This document shows positions 54,201 to 64,000 of a DNA stretch of 64,000 nt, piece after piece. The stretch's first letter is position 1. Each line of letters begins with the position of its first letter. Source of the DNA: an uncultured Acidobacteriota bacterium (GTDB lineage: Bacteria; Acidobacteriota; Blastocatellia; RBC074); the NCBI GenBank assembly GCA_963796275.1, contig CAWCKY010000001.1, forward strand, positions 864,001 to 928,000, given 5' to 3'. Made by a program: the position numbers and the translations under genes. The notes beneath the pieces are model-generated. The model was given only the letters and a program-made list of their open reading frames with translations, was not told where the DNA came from and ran no database searches.

Positions 54201-57200
54201 CAATGCGTCTTCCCAAGCTCTTATATTGCGAAGTAGACTTAGCGCACGAGTGATCGTTTGATGGATGATTCCATGTACAAAATAAAGATCGCAAGCCCTC
54301 GGCTCACCAACAAAGGGACGCGTGTCGCTTGCAAGGTTATTCAAAGCCGCAAGGATATTTACTTCGGCTCCATCTTCATCTAGTTTAGCTCGCACTTCAG
54401 CCTGCGAAAGTGCAACAACAAAACGCAGCCAATTTCTATACCAACCGATTCCTTTGATGCTTGCTAAAACTGACCCAAGAATCTGCGGGTGATATCTCTG
54501 CCGCAATTCTGATACTCTCAACCCAAAGCTTCATTACCCCGACATCAGCCAATACTTTTCCCTTATCAAGTCCGATGTCAATGCCGGATGGATGAGGGTA
54601 ATGTTTGGTCACTTTGTTTGGGTCAGCACCAAGAGTTAAGCATTCAAGAATAAGTTCAGGCGAATCAGTCCCATATAATATTTCTTTAAGAATCTCCTTA
54701 GCCCGTACTACTTCACCATCGGCAAAAAGGGCTCTTGCTAGCTCGGCTTTAACTTTGCCCGCAATCGCCGAAGACAGCTTCGCTTCTTCTAGCAGTCGCA
54801 AAAGGATAGATGAGCCGCCGAACTGTCTCAGACGCTTAAGAATAAGATTTAGGTACTCGCCTGGGAGATTGTCAACACTGCTTAGCCACGTGTTAACGCT
54901 TGGATAAACACTTTCTATGCCCTCAACCCGAAGTGAGCCGTGAAATTCTGCATCAGCAAACTTTATCCAGTCCTCTCTCACTGATTCCCGGATCTCATCT
55001 ATGCTCGACCTTCCATCTACATCTAAGTACTCCTCCCAAGGCGCAACTTGCCCTGCATCATCGCAAAGTGAGCAGAATAATAATCCTACCCACTCTGGAA
55101 ATGTTGGCTTTCCATCGAAAACCAATCGCTCACTTAGCATCTTTGCGCCGAAAAGTGCTGCAAAAGTGCGTCCATATAAATCTAAATCAAGTAACTTTTG
55201 CTCAAAGCACGTCCAACATGAAGAATTTAGTTCAGCCAAACGTGCCAATGCGGCCCAGTCCAATACTTCCGCAGCAATGTAAGTCGCCAGTTTCAAATTT
55301 TCTTCAATTGCGGGTCTCGAAAATCCTGCCTGTACACTACGCGAGACAAAATCCATATTAACGGTTTGTAGCGCTTCTTGATTCTTCCCTGCTCGGCGCA
55401 AACAAGGGATTAGAAAGCGATGCGCTCTTGCATCCGCGAAGATCCCCTTACTCTTAAGCCAAATGATAACCGGCTCAATTATTGCGGCGATTGACCCTCC
55501 CTGATTACGGATACGTTCAGTAATGAACCGCCGGAAACTCTCATGATAAATACGGAACCCACCTTGGGCTGCGGATTGATTAAGAACCGGGCCAAGATAA
55601 ATCAGCGCCTGGGAGAGACGATGGGCAAGATCAAGGCGAATCTCTCTAAGTTCGGTTTCGCTTAACCCAAAATCTACGAGCCCCAGCAACTCCGCTACGA
55701 TACCCGTTGAATTTTCACCTTCAACGGTTCGTAGCAACCAGTCGTAATAGTGTGAAATTGAACCTTCAAGTTGTGGGACTTGTTGCAAAAACTCCTCGGA
55801 GTCAAAAGTTTGATCTTGGAGAAGGCTGGAAAGTATTTGCTTACACAGGAATGTTGCATAAAGTGGGTTGCCTTCTGAACGGTTATACAACTTAGTGAAT
55901 AACTCTTCTGTGGACTTCTTGAACCCTAAATTGTCGAGCGCGGCCATAATGCCGAAGTTGTAGGCGAGCTCTACTACCTCATCATATCCCCACTCCGGCA
56001 TCGTAAGCGTTTCAGCGTTTGCGTATAATGGAGTGAGATGAGCGCCTGGTTGCGATCCAATGACAAGATATACTCCGCGAGGGAGATTGAGTGTGACTAG
56101 TTCTTCAACAATGTCAATTTCACCTGCCGTGAGGTCTTTTACTTCACCAAAAACGCGTGAGATGTGATCTACCCCATCAACAACCAGAATGACTTTATCT
56201 GCAAATCCATGTGTAATGGCATTATTCAACATCATCTCAAGCTCGCGCGGGCCTGCCGAGTAGAGTGGCTGGTGCAGCCCCCGCAATTCCGGACAAGATT
56301 GAATTAAGTCATAAATCAGATTACCGAAAAGGACATTAGATGTAATGCGTCGTTGAACCTGCTCATCACCGGGCTCAAGATAGCAATAGTGTTTGGCGAC
56401 AAGATGCCCGTCATGACTTAGTTCATCGACCAATTCTGTGAGTAGCCAAGATTTCCCAGAGCCTGGTGGGCCGGTGAATATAACTCGCTGAGAATCAATT
56501 TTCTCCCGAAACGCATCAAGTAGAAATTGGCGCTTGATCAGAATGGAATTATCTATCGGAAACTCTTGAGCAATTCGGCCAAAGTCTCTTTGTAATTGCA
56601 GAGCGTTTTCTACATCAGCTTGAGCGAGGGTCTCATGGTTTACTCTGGCACGCTCTGCTCGTTTAATCAGGATTGCAGCTGCGTCAGCAAGATTCCGCCC
56701 GTGATTCGGATAATGTCCAATCCCCACTCCGTCAGCCAAAAGGCGCAATAGCAACTCTTCCAACTGACCTGGACTCCTTAAGTCAAGGGACGCTCGTGGG
56801 CACTCCAATTCGATGACGAGCTTCTTTGAAAAATCCACGAAGTCCTGTCGGTTGATGTCTCTTGCTTTTTCCAATGGTTCCCATAATGCAGATTGCCCTT
56901 CTGGCCAAATCTTATCGGTATTCAGCCGGTAAAGCTTTGTGATATAGCCGTCAAATGAAGGATCAATACTCGACGGTTCGAGTAAGTCTACAAAAGCAAA
57001 ATCTCTCGGGGTACCCATCGATGCGCAAATACGATACTCCTCAACAGTTGACTTACCATCATTGAGTAGACATCGAACTAGATTGTCAATTCTTAGCTTG
57101 CGATTTTCCGTTGTTAAGTCGCTCTGTTCAAAAGTGCGTTGCGAATCTGGAGTAGATTTTATCTGGCGTTTGACGATACTTGAACCATAATGAACCGTGA

Positions 57201-57342
57201 GATCATCAAAGCGGTCTCCCTCAAACCCTTTACGGTCAACCGTAACCGAATCAAACCCTTTCACCAAACCAAGAGCTAGAAAATAAGCAGTGAACAAATC
57301 CTGATAAGCATACCCGTAATGGGCTGCCCTTAAATCACTCAT
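51299..57342 (-). CDS. Avs-like anti-phage STAND protein of ~2010 aa (N-terminal Cap4-like PD-(D/E)xK nuclease, NACHT-like NTPase, long helical region); two frameshifts at ~54490 and ~53056
   Basis: GYAYQD..FDDL..KRQIKS; Walker A GPPGSGKS; Walker B LVVDGVD; SEGNPLY. ORFs 54436-57342, 53034-54521 and 51299-52942 join with single-base corrections. The region is visibly AT-richer than its flanks. Confidence 0.8.
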
Positions 57343-57427
57343 TTTGATATCTCGGAACTCTTACGCTTTTCGTAGATAGTAAATTACCTGGGAAGGCAAA
57401 TACTTTCTAAACGTTGCTTTAACGTGA

Positions 57428-57473
57428 TTTTGACAACTCGTAATGTGCAGCGTCACATTACAGGTTGTCAAAA
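57428..57473. promoter_or_regulatory. 20 bp-arm inverted repeat upstream of the Avs-like gene (operator or terminator candidate)
   Basis: ttttgacaactcgtaatgtg-cagcgt-cacattacaggttgtcaaaa; arms match at 18 of 20. Confidence 0.5.
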
Positions 57474-57555
57474 CCACCGAAGGACTATTCGGTGCATAAC
57501 TGGGAGATGAGAGAGAATTAAATCTGCCCCGTTGCCCCGTTGTCCCGTTGTCCCG

Positions 57556-58224
57556 TCACACCGTGGCTCTTATGATCGTTTCGATGTTGGATTTTAAGCA
57601 TTCCGCATCGGCGAATAGTCGGATTGCCGCAATCCCCGCCGCTCCCCGCCGCAAAGGCTCTTGATAGTTGGTGAGGTCGATGCCGCCCAGAGCCAGGACG
57701 GGGATATTCACTGATCTGCAGATTTCGGCGAAATTTTCGATACCAATCGGTGGCCCATAGGCCCGTTTCGATGGCGTGTCGTAGACCGGTCCGCAGACGA
57801 TGAAATCCGCACCTCCCGCCTCGGCAGTGCTGGCTTCGGCGAGCGAGTGCGTCGAAACGCCGATGATGAAATCATTCAAACCTCGGCGCCGGACAGCTGC
57901 GCGGGCCTCAGCTGCAGGAAACGATAGGGCTGGTAGATGCACGCCATCGGCACCCGCGGCAATCGCGACGTCCATCCGATCGTTCACGAGTACTCGCGCA
58001 CCATGTGGATGTGATGCGGCAACTGCGGCGCGCGCCAGCCGATAGAGCGTTCGCGCATTTAAATCTCGCTCGCGAATTTGAACGAGCTGGCATCCGGCTC
58101 GCGTTGCCTGGCGGATTATGTCGATTTGGGCAGCTTCAGGCTCAGGATTCCCAGGGATTCGGCGGAGCGCCAGGCGGTCGCTTATCAGGTAGAGTAATGG
58201 GCTGGTTTGTGGCAGTCTCGGCAA
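57556..58224 (-). CDS. thiE: Thiamine-phosphate synthase (ThiE/TenI family)
   Basis: LYLISDR, VQIRE, VNDRMD, GVHL, STHS, GPVYDTPSK and ALGGI motifs. Confidence 0.85.
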   Translation of the reverse strand: MPRLPQTSPLLYLISDRLALRRIPGNPEPEAAQIDIIRQATRAGCQLVQIRERDLNARTLYRLARAAVAASHPHGARVLVNDRMDVAIAAGADGVHLPALSFPAAEARAAVRRRGLNDFIIGVSTHSLAEASTAEAGGADFIVCGPVYDTPSKRAYGPPIGIENFAEICRSVNIPVLALGGIDLTNYQEPLRRGAAGIAAIRLFADAECLKSNIETIIRATV

Positions 58225-58525
58225 TGGTTGAATGGGCTACCGCTTGCGTGGTGGATCCCAGGCTCGTCAGAGCCTCTACGCTTTCATGAAATTTAAGGAT
58301 ATCACGCATTCCGGCGAGGAGATTGAGCACGCCTAAACCTGTGACCGCGCCTCGCATATAACCGCTCGTCAGGAATGTCTGAATCCAGGGGGCATTCAGT
58401 TTGCCGGTAAGGAAATAAAGAAAAACGTTATCTTCCCAATACTGTGTCCATGGCAGGATCAGGAGGAGAATACCTACCTCAAAGCAAATCAGGATATATA
58501 CGATGACTGTTATTTTCGCCGACAT
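58142..58525 (-). CDS. Small hypothetical membrane protein
   Basis: Hydrophobic segments FEVGILLLILPWT..WEDN and RGAVTGLGVLN. Confidence 0.7.
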   Translation of the reverse strand: MSAKITVIVYILICFEVGILLLILPWTQYWEDNVFLYFLTGKLNAPWIQTFLTSGYMRGAVTGLGVLNLLAGMRDILKFHESVEALTSLGSTTQAVAHSTIAETATNQPITLPDKRPPGAPPNPWES

Positions 58526-58597
58526 TTTGTATGGTAGAGGATATCGTATGGAATGTGAGATTGTCGAGGCACGGGCGCATTGAGACGCCGCATCAGA

Positions 58598-60184
58598 TCA
58601 GCGGATAAAATTGATCTTCATCTGTTCACGCTGACGTGAAACCGTGATCTCGACTGATTCACCCGAACTCTTATCTAGTGCAGTTATCAAACCTGCCAGG
58701 TTATCGATATTAGCGTTTCCCACTTTGAGGACGATATCCCCGGCCATCAGGCCGGAACGTGCGGCCTTGTTGTTCTCCGTCACGTGAGAGACGAGTATCC
58801 CATTCGTTACGGTAAAGTATTTCATCAGTTGACCGGTGAGCGCCTGGACCTCGAAGCCGTAAAAAACGCGTAATCTGATCTCGGGCGGAGCAGGGCTTGC
58901 GACTGCGCCGACGAAATTTCGCATCATCCCAACGCGCGACTCCTGCCTTTGGCGCTTCGGATCGGTCGGTGACATCGACTTCAACTCTTCCTCCATCGTC
59001 TCAAGCCGTTGGGCGAAGGTGAAGACCTGCTGCTCCGGTTCGATTGCGGGCACCGGCGCTAGCTTCGCTTTGAGATGTTTATACTCGCTCCCGCGCTTGA
59101 CCCTTAACATCACCTCACTATCAGCCGGCATCTGCTGCATGATCGATGCCAGTTGCGACAAGGTCTCGACGCGGCGGTTATTAACGCTCAGAAGAATATC
59201 CTGTGCCTTAACGCCCGCCATATCCGCCGGGCTGTCCGGAGCGACCGCAATCAAGCGAACTCCGGGCTTTTCTGCCGTCGGATTGTTCGCCAGCGCATTC
59301 ATGTCTCTTCCCGATGCGCCGAGCCACCCGTATGCGATGCTTTGATTCGATTTGATGACCGGCTGCGCAATGCTAAGAATCTGCGCAATCGGATAGACCA
59401 GATGTGGTCCTTGCCCGCCGATGTTATAGAACGCGAGCCCGAAGACTGAATCTCCTTTATCGAGTATCAGGCTGCAGTCCTGTACCTCGGCCAATTGCGG
59501 ATTGACCAGGTGATAGAGCGGAATGTTGTTGTTGAAACGAAGATTGCTTCCAGCCTTGACGATCTGACCGCTATAAAAATTTCTCCGCGGATATCCTGCC
59601 GTCATAGATGATCCGAGGTTCGATGCCTGCCTCGGGTGGAATCCATAAAGGCGAATATTGATACGGGCGGGAAATGATTGTGTGGTAGAGAAATGCGCAA
59701 TCTTCAAGGTGGGATCATCGGATTTCAAGACGCAGAGCCCGGAAACTGTATCCATCCCCAGGAACCTCGCCGTCGTAACATTCGCTGAGCCCCTAATCGT
59801 AATATTGATCGGTGGATTACCGGGAGACACATCTATCAGCCTGGTGACGATGTGCCCCTGATCATCGATGATCAGGCCGAGCGTTACCCGCAGTCTCACC
59901 ATAGACGGCACCGGTTCGCCGTCAAGCGTCATGACGTTATCCACCCCCAGTTGCTTCGCGTGATCGATAGTTTGCGTCACCCAGACCCACCCCTGAGGCG
60001 CCGTTTGGCGAGTCAGATCCTGAACTCCATTGACTTTAGAAATGTTCGACTGCTGCTGAGTCCTCCGGTCAACTGGGACAAACGGGGCAGATGGAGCATA
60101 TGGCGATAAATGGGCGTGTGAGGCGAACGAAGGGATAGTCAGGAGTATAAGGAATAAAAGACCGGTTTGGATCCGCAGAGACAT
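58598..60184 (-). CDS. HtrA-like protein (degenerate trypsin fold plus two PDZ domains), predicted non-catalytic
   Basis: Signal peptide; GWLGA, VAPDSPADMAGVKAQDIL and AARSGLMAGDIVLKV PDZ motifs; no TNxHV, DxA or GNSGG. Confidence 0.78.
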   Translation of the reverse strand: MSLRIQTGLLFLILLTIPSFASHAHLSPYAPSAPFVPVDRRTQQQSNISKVNGVQDLTRQTAPQGWVWVTQTIDHAKQLGVDNVMTLDGEPVPSMVRLRVTLGLIIDDQGHIVTRLIDVSPGNPPINITIRGSANVTTARFLGMDTVSGLCVLKSDDPTLKIAHFSTTQSFPARINIRLYGFHPRQASNLGSSMTAGYPRRNFYSGQIVKAGSNLRFNNNIPLYHLVNPQLAEVQDCSLILDKGDSVFGLAFYNIGGQGPHLVYPIAQILSIAQPVIKSNQSIAYGWLGASGRDMNALANNPTAEKPGVRLIAVAPDSPADMAGVKAQDILLSVNNRRVETLSQLASIMQQMPADSEVMLRVKRGSEYKHLKAKLAPVPAIEPEQQVFTFAQRLETMEEELKSMSPTDPKRQRQESRVGMMRNFVGAVASPAPPEIRLRVFYGFEVQALTGQLMKYFTVTNGILVSHVTENNKAARSGLMAGDIVLKVGNANIDNLAGLITALDKSSGESVEITVSRQREQMKINFIR

Positions 60185-60213
60185 CTGTAAAATTGCCGAA
60201 TGAGTGTGCCCGA

Positions 60214-60927
60214 TTATATAGACGGCACGTACGGTGAAGTCTTGGACATCGTAGACGCCGAACTCTCCGCTCCGATCAGATCGCGACTCTGAGCGGTTAT
60301 GAACTCCCCTTTCTCTGGGTCAAACCCTCGCCAGGTATAAACGTGTTTTTCAGCTTCAATTTCTGATTCAGCCGCCAGGTTCAGGTCATTAGTCCGCTCG
60401 CTCAACGAAATCTGAGTGAGCTCGGAAGCTTTGTGGTTGTATTTCACAGTTTGCAAAGGTTTAACTGATGTCACCGCGGGCGAACTCGTGACGGTCGGCG
60501 AGACGGCTGCAGCGGCTTTCTCGGCGATTTGAGAGGACGGAGCTTCTGATTTCGATTGGGCGATACGATCTCCGGTCGTGAAATTGAGAGCGGTAATTGT
60601 AACCAGTATAGCCAGCGCAGCCGTTGCGGCAGCCGCCCTCCCCCAGGTATATCCTAAGGTTATGGAAGATCTGGCGTGGAGCCTATCAAGGAGACCTTCC
60701 GACGATGCGTCCGATTTAGCGCGCGCTAGACGCGCACGCAGTTTAAAATCGAAATCTGCTGGAACCTCGATTCTAGGTTGAGCGCCGAGTAGATTCAGCA
60801 AGCCGGCGGTTTCATCGGTATAACGGCGGCAATCGTGGCAGCTTTTCAAATGAAAACCGATGGTTTCGTTCGCATTTTCGCGGCGAAAATCCGTGTCGAT
60901 TGCCGATTGAACGTTTTGACAGTCCAT
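60214..60927 (-). CDS. Zinc-binding anti-sigma factor (zf-HC2) with one TM helix
   Basis: MDCQNV..HLKSCHDC (HxxxCxxC); TM segment AAAATAALAILVTITAL; downstream of the ECF sigma gene. Confidence 0.85.
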   Translation of the reverse strand: MDCQNVQSAIDTDFRRENANETIGFHLKSCHDCRRYTDETAGLLNLLGAQPRIEVPADFDFKLRARLARAKSDASSEGLLDRLHARSSITLGYTWGRAAAATAALAILVTITALNFTTGDRIAQSKSEAPSSQIAEKAAAAVSPTVTSSPAVTSVKPLQTVKYNHKASELTQISLSERTNDLNLAAESEIEAEKHVYTWRGFDPEKGEFITAQSRDLIGAESSASTMSKTSPYVPSI

Positions 60928-61044
60928 GCTTTTCTCCGTCTTGAGGCCTCCGAGCCCGTTCAGTTTATTACCCGGTTCGCATTCGGGGGTGAGAGTACAA
61001 TAAATAAATAGAGCAGGCAATTCTCTATATTGACGCACGCCTCC

Positions 61045-61746
61045 TCACAGATACTCTCGCAATTTTTCTTTCAACAGGTTCCGTGCACGATTAATTCGCG
61101 ATTTGACGGTCCCGACTGGCAGATCCAGTATCTCTGAAATCTCTTCGTAACTCTTCTCTTCAAGGTGGCAAAGCACCAGCGCCCCCCTGTATTTCTCGGG
61201 TAAGCTTCCGATCGCCTTCTTTACCGCCCTGTTCCGCTCGTCGATGATCATCATCTCATCAGCCTGCGTCAGGCGTTGATCCGGTAATTCAATCTCGACC
61301 TCATCGCCGTCTTTGTCGGAAAAGAAGAAGGGCAGCGGGATCAGCCGATGTCGCTTCCGCTTCCTTATTTCGCTGATCGCCAGGTTATGCGCGATCTTGT
61401 AAATATATGTCGAAAAACTATAGGTCGCCTGATACCGCTCAACGTTGTTGTAAACCCTGACAAAAGTCTCCTGCGCCAGATCGACCGCACAGTCATAGTC
61501 ATCGATTATCCGATAGACGTAGTTGGTTATCTGATTACGGTAGCGGCGCACCAGCTCATAGAACGCATCTTCATCGCCCGTGCGGGTAGCTTCTAGCAGC
61601 GAGTGATCGTCTAAATCCTTAACCGGCATATCTTCAACCGGGAGATCGACTTTTCGCTCGACTGCGAGCTTCTCCGTCCTCGGCGTCTGGGTGGTCTTCT
61701 CCAGCTCAGCGTCTTTCAGTCCGGCGCTCAGCACTAATGTTGTCAT
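61045..61746 (-). CDS. ECF sigma-70 factor (RpoE/SigW-like); start uncertain, ORF extends to 61869
   Basis: GDEDAFYELVRRY, DLAQETF, FSTYIYKIAHN and SYEEISEILDLPVGTVKSRINRAR motifs. Confidence 0.92.
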   Translation of the reverse strand: MTTLVLSAGLKDAELEKTTQTPRTEKLAVERKVDLPVEDMPVKDLDDHSLLEATRTGDEDAFYELVRRYRNQITNYVYRIIDDYDCAVDLAQETFVRVYNNVERYQATYSFSTYIYKIAHNLAISEIRKRKRHRLIPLPFFFSDKDGDEVEIELPDQRLTQADEMMIIDERNRAVKKAIGSLPEKYRGALVLCHLEEKSYEEISEILDLPVGTVKSRINRARNLLKEKLREYL

Positions 61747-62174
61747 CGGTGACTCGCCTGATTCAGCTTCTACAAGAATTCTGCGCGACCCAGGGTCTTC
61801 TTGCGGAAGGTCTTTCATCGGTTTCGCTCCCGACTGGTGAGGCGTCTTACCCATATGATCTGGACCCATTCGTTCCGGCTATTTCGCCGTAAACTGAGAT
61901 ATTGGACTCCAGCTAATGGTTCTTATAGGCAGCCCTCAGTGAGAGCGTACGAAGAAGTATCTTCTGCCGCTGACACGCTGTCATAATTGAATTGTTCCAC
62001 AAACTTTATGACACTATTCATCCGCTGCCTCCTGTTTATCGCTAATATTACAACAAATTCCTCAGGTGTGTTGCTAGGATACACCAGGTAAATTATTGCA
62101 GTAATGATTCATCCGGCCAGGGAGGATTCAATTCTTACATGATAAGGTGAGGAAAGCGAGCAGGGGAAAATCAA

Positions 62175-62211
62175 AAGATCATACAAGATCATCAAGATCA
62201 TCAAGATCATC
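62175..62211. repeat. Short 9 bp tandem repeat (AAGATCATC)n
   Basis: aagatcatacaagatcatcaagatcatcaagatcatc in the intergenic region between divergent genes. Confidence 0.7.
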
Positions 62212-62502
62212 GGTAAAGATGAGCCCAAAAAATATTTAGCCCATTTTTATTCGATTATTTTTTACTCTTTTCGGTATAAAGATTATAAAAAACCAGAGAA
62301 AGCAACATGAGTACAGCCGAATATTGTTTTTTGAAATGCGATTGCCCTTTTATTTCTTCCTTTTGCGTTTTGCTCTGGTTGCCGCCATAATTGCGCCGAT
62401 TTTGAGGTTGCCGCTCGAGGCGGGGTTCTCCGCGTCTGACTGAGTAAAAATTAGAAGTAACAATTAGGAAAGCTAAGCAGCAATTCCGGAGGAAAAATTT
62501 CT

Positions 62503-63705
62503 ATGAATCAACGAAGGCTGTTTATCGCCAGTTGTCTATCGCTGGTTGTCACCGCGATGATTTTTGCGTTGCGAGGAAACATAGAGGATTTGGTCCTTAA
62601 TGATCCTGCCCTCAGCGGGTATTTCGATCCCACCAAGCCCCGCGCGGATTATGGCTGGATTTCAACTATGGCCTTTTTCGGTTTCGCGGGTTCGATCCTG
62701 GTCGCATCGCCGATGCTCGATGCGCTGAAGATGCGAAACCTTCTCTATCTCGCCTTCGGGCTTCACATCATCGGAGTTGTTGGCTTCATTATGGCTCCCA
62801 GCTATACGGTGATGTCGCTCGCCATGCTGCTGGCTGGTTTCGGCAACGGTCTCGTTGAAGCCGTGATAAACCCTCTGATTGCCACTATGTATCCGGAAGA
62901 GAAGACGCATAAACTCAATGTGCTGCATTCGTGGTGGCCGGGTGGGCTGATAATAGGCGGCCTTCTGGGATATTTCATGAAGACGATGGGATTGAGCTGG
63001 CAGATGCAAATGGGCCTCGTTCTCATTCCCACCGTAATTTATGGCATTTTGATTTTCGGCCAGGAGTTTCCGCTCACCGAGCGTAAGGCCTCTGGCATCT
63101 CGACCGGTCAGATGTTTCGGACGGCGGTCAATCCGGCATTTCTCCTTTTGATCTGCTGCATGATGATCACCGCTTCGATCGAACTGGCTCCCGGGCAGAT
63201 GGTCGATTCCGTCCTCAACAGTCTGGCGGGTATGAGTGGCATTCTGATTCTGGTCTATGGGAGTGCGTTGATGTTCGTCCTGCGCTATTTTGCGGGTCCG
63301 ATTGCGCACCGGATCTCCCCGATCGGAATGATGTGGGCCTCGACGACAATTGCCTCCGCCGGGTTGTACTTATTATCGCAGGTGACGACTCCGACGATGG
63401 CTTACGTCGCGGCGACGGTTTTCTATGTTGGGGTCTGTTTCATGTGGCCGACCATGCTAGGCATCACGTCAGAACGTTTTCCTCAGGGCGGCGCATTCAC
63501 TATGGGGCTGATGGGCTTTGCCGGGCAGTTCGCCCTCGGAATGGTCATCTTTAACATGGCTTCTATTCGGGACAAGATAGGAAATGCTGCGTCATTCAGG
63601 TGGGTCGCGTTGTTGGCTATCTTCCCGTTTATCGTCTTTACCATCTGGTGGATCAAGGACTATCTGGCGGGCGGCTATAAGACGGTTAAGCTGAGCCAAT
63701 CGTAA
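62503..63705 (+). CDS. MFS transporter (sugar/FucP-like)
   Basis: About 12 TM helices; GFGNGLVEAVINPL, KLNVLHSWWPGG and FMWPTMLG motifs; GGAGG RBS. Confidence 0.88.
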   Translation: MNQRRLFIASCLSLVVTAMIFALRGNIEDLVLNDPALSGYFDPTKPRADYGWISTMAFFGFAGSILVASPMLDALKMRNLLYLAFGLHIIGVVGFIMAPSYTVMSLAMLLAGFGNGLVEAVINPLIATMYPEEKTHKLNVLHSWWPGGLIIGGLLGYFMKTMGLSWQMQMGLVLIPTVIYGILIFGQEFPLTERKASGISTGQMFRTAVNPAFLLLICCMMITASIELAPGQMVDSVLNSLAGMSGILILVYGSALMFVLRYFAGPIAHRISPIGMMWASTTIASAGLYLLSQVTTPTMAYVAATVFYVGVCFMWPTMLGITSERFPQGGAFTMGLMGFAGQFALGMVIFNMASIRDKIGNAASFRWVALLAIFPFIVFTIWWIKDYLAGGYKTVKLSQS

Positions 63706-63805
63706 AATGGGAAGCTGGGGAGACAAGGCGACAGGGGGAGACCGCTTATAAAATTATCTGGTCCTCCTGCTCCTTGTCCCCCTGTTTCTTGCCTCTCATT
63801 TGATT

Positions 63806-64000
63806 TCACCCCCCAATAATCCCGGCCATACCGCAATTCAAGCAGCGATAGAGGGTGCCCGCGCGTTCGGGAAAGACTTGTACGTGCGCGGGGCCGCAGA
63901 CGTGCTCGACCTGGACCTCGAACAGCGTGTAATACTGTTCGTCGGCTACGCTCGACAAAGCATCGAAAATAGCCTGTTCTGCCATCGTATTCCGGTCGAC
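63806..64000 (-). CDS. C-terminal part of a hypothetical protein with a CxxC motif (5' end possibly outside the window)
   Basis: Manual translation VDRNTMAEQAIFDAL...HVCG...YRCLNCGMAGIIGG*; the frame is open to the window edge. Confidence 0.55.
   Translation of the reverse strand, partial: VDRNTMAEQAIFDALSSVADEQYYTLFEVQVEHVCGPAHVQVFPERAGTLYRCLNCGMAGIIGG

Noticed and set aside
57488-57520. dif/XerC-like half site (ggtgcataa) at the island edge
   Set aside because: No XerD arm follows at 6 bp spacing and there is no matching site at the other end.
50700-57525. Island as a transposon or prophage
   Set aside because: No integrase, transposase, terminal inverted repeats or target-site duplication could be found by eye.
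50678-58600. TPP riboswitch upstream of thiE or thiD
   Set aside because: No CUGAGA/ACCUG core in a suitable arrangement was seen in the short upstream regions.

Overview
A 64 kb bacterial chromosomal window. It is probably from an Acidobacteriota genome, inferred from the paired VWFA-related proteins and an Oar-type TonB receptor. Most of it is ordinary metabolic and envelope genes: mqnE-mqnD, aguBA, an amidase, M14 and M1 peptidases, a PrsK/PrsR-like two-component pair, carB, thiD, thiE, an ECF sigma/anti-sigma pair and an MFS transporter. Five things stand out. (1) Two convergent nucleobase-catabolism operons (32.3-44.3 kb) each have a luciferase-like (LLM) reductase where a PreTA/YgfK-type flavin/Fe-S reductase would be expected; the second operon (ssnA, LLM, ureidohydrolase, amidohydrolase) may be an undescribed reductive purine route. 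(2) An intact, full-length class III ribonucleotide reductase (NrdD) homolog lacks the glycyl-radical Gly and the active-site cysteines. (3) An AT-rich, ~2000 aa nuclease-STAND (Avs-like) defence gene lies between thiE and thiD. (4) An NpmA/KamB-type 16S rRNA m1A1408 methyltransferase has two in-frame stops in its first 15 codons. (5) Many intergenic hairpins built from 7-9 bp periodic repeats abut stop codons. Four frameshifts, three of them in short runs, suggest long-read indel errors. I recognised no rRNA, tRNA, CRISPR array or transposase. All family assignments come from motif recognition, not from database searches.
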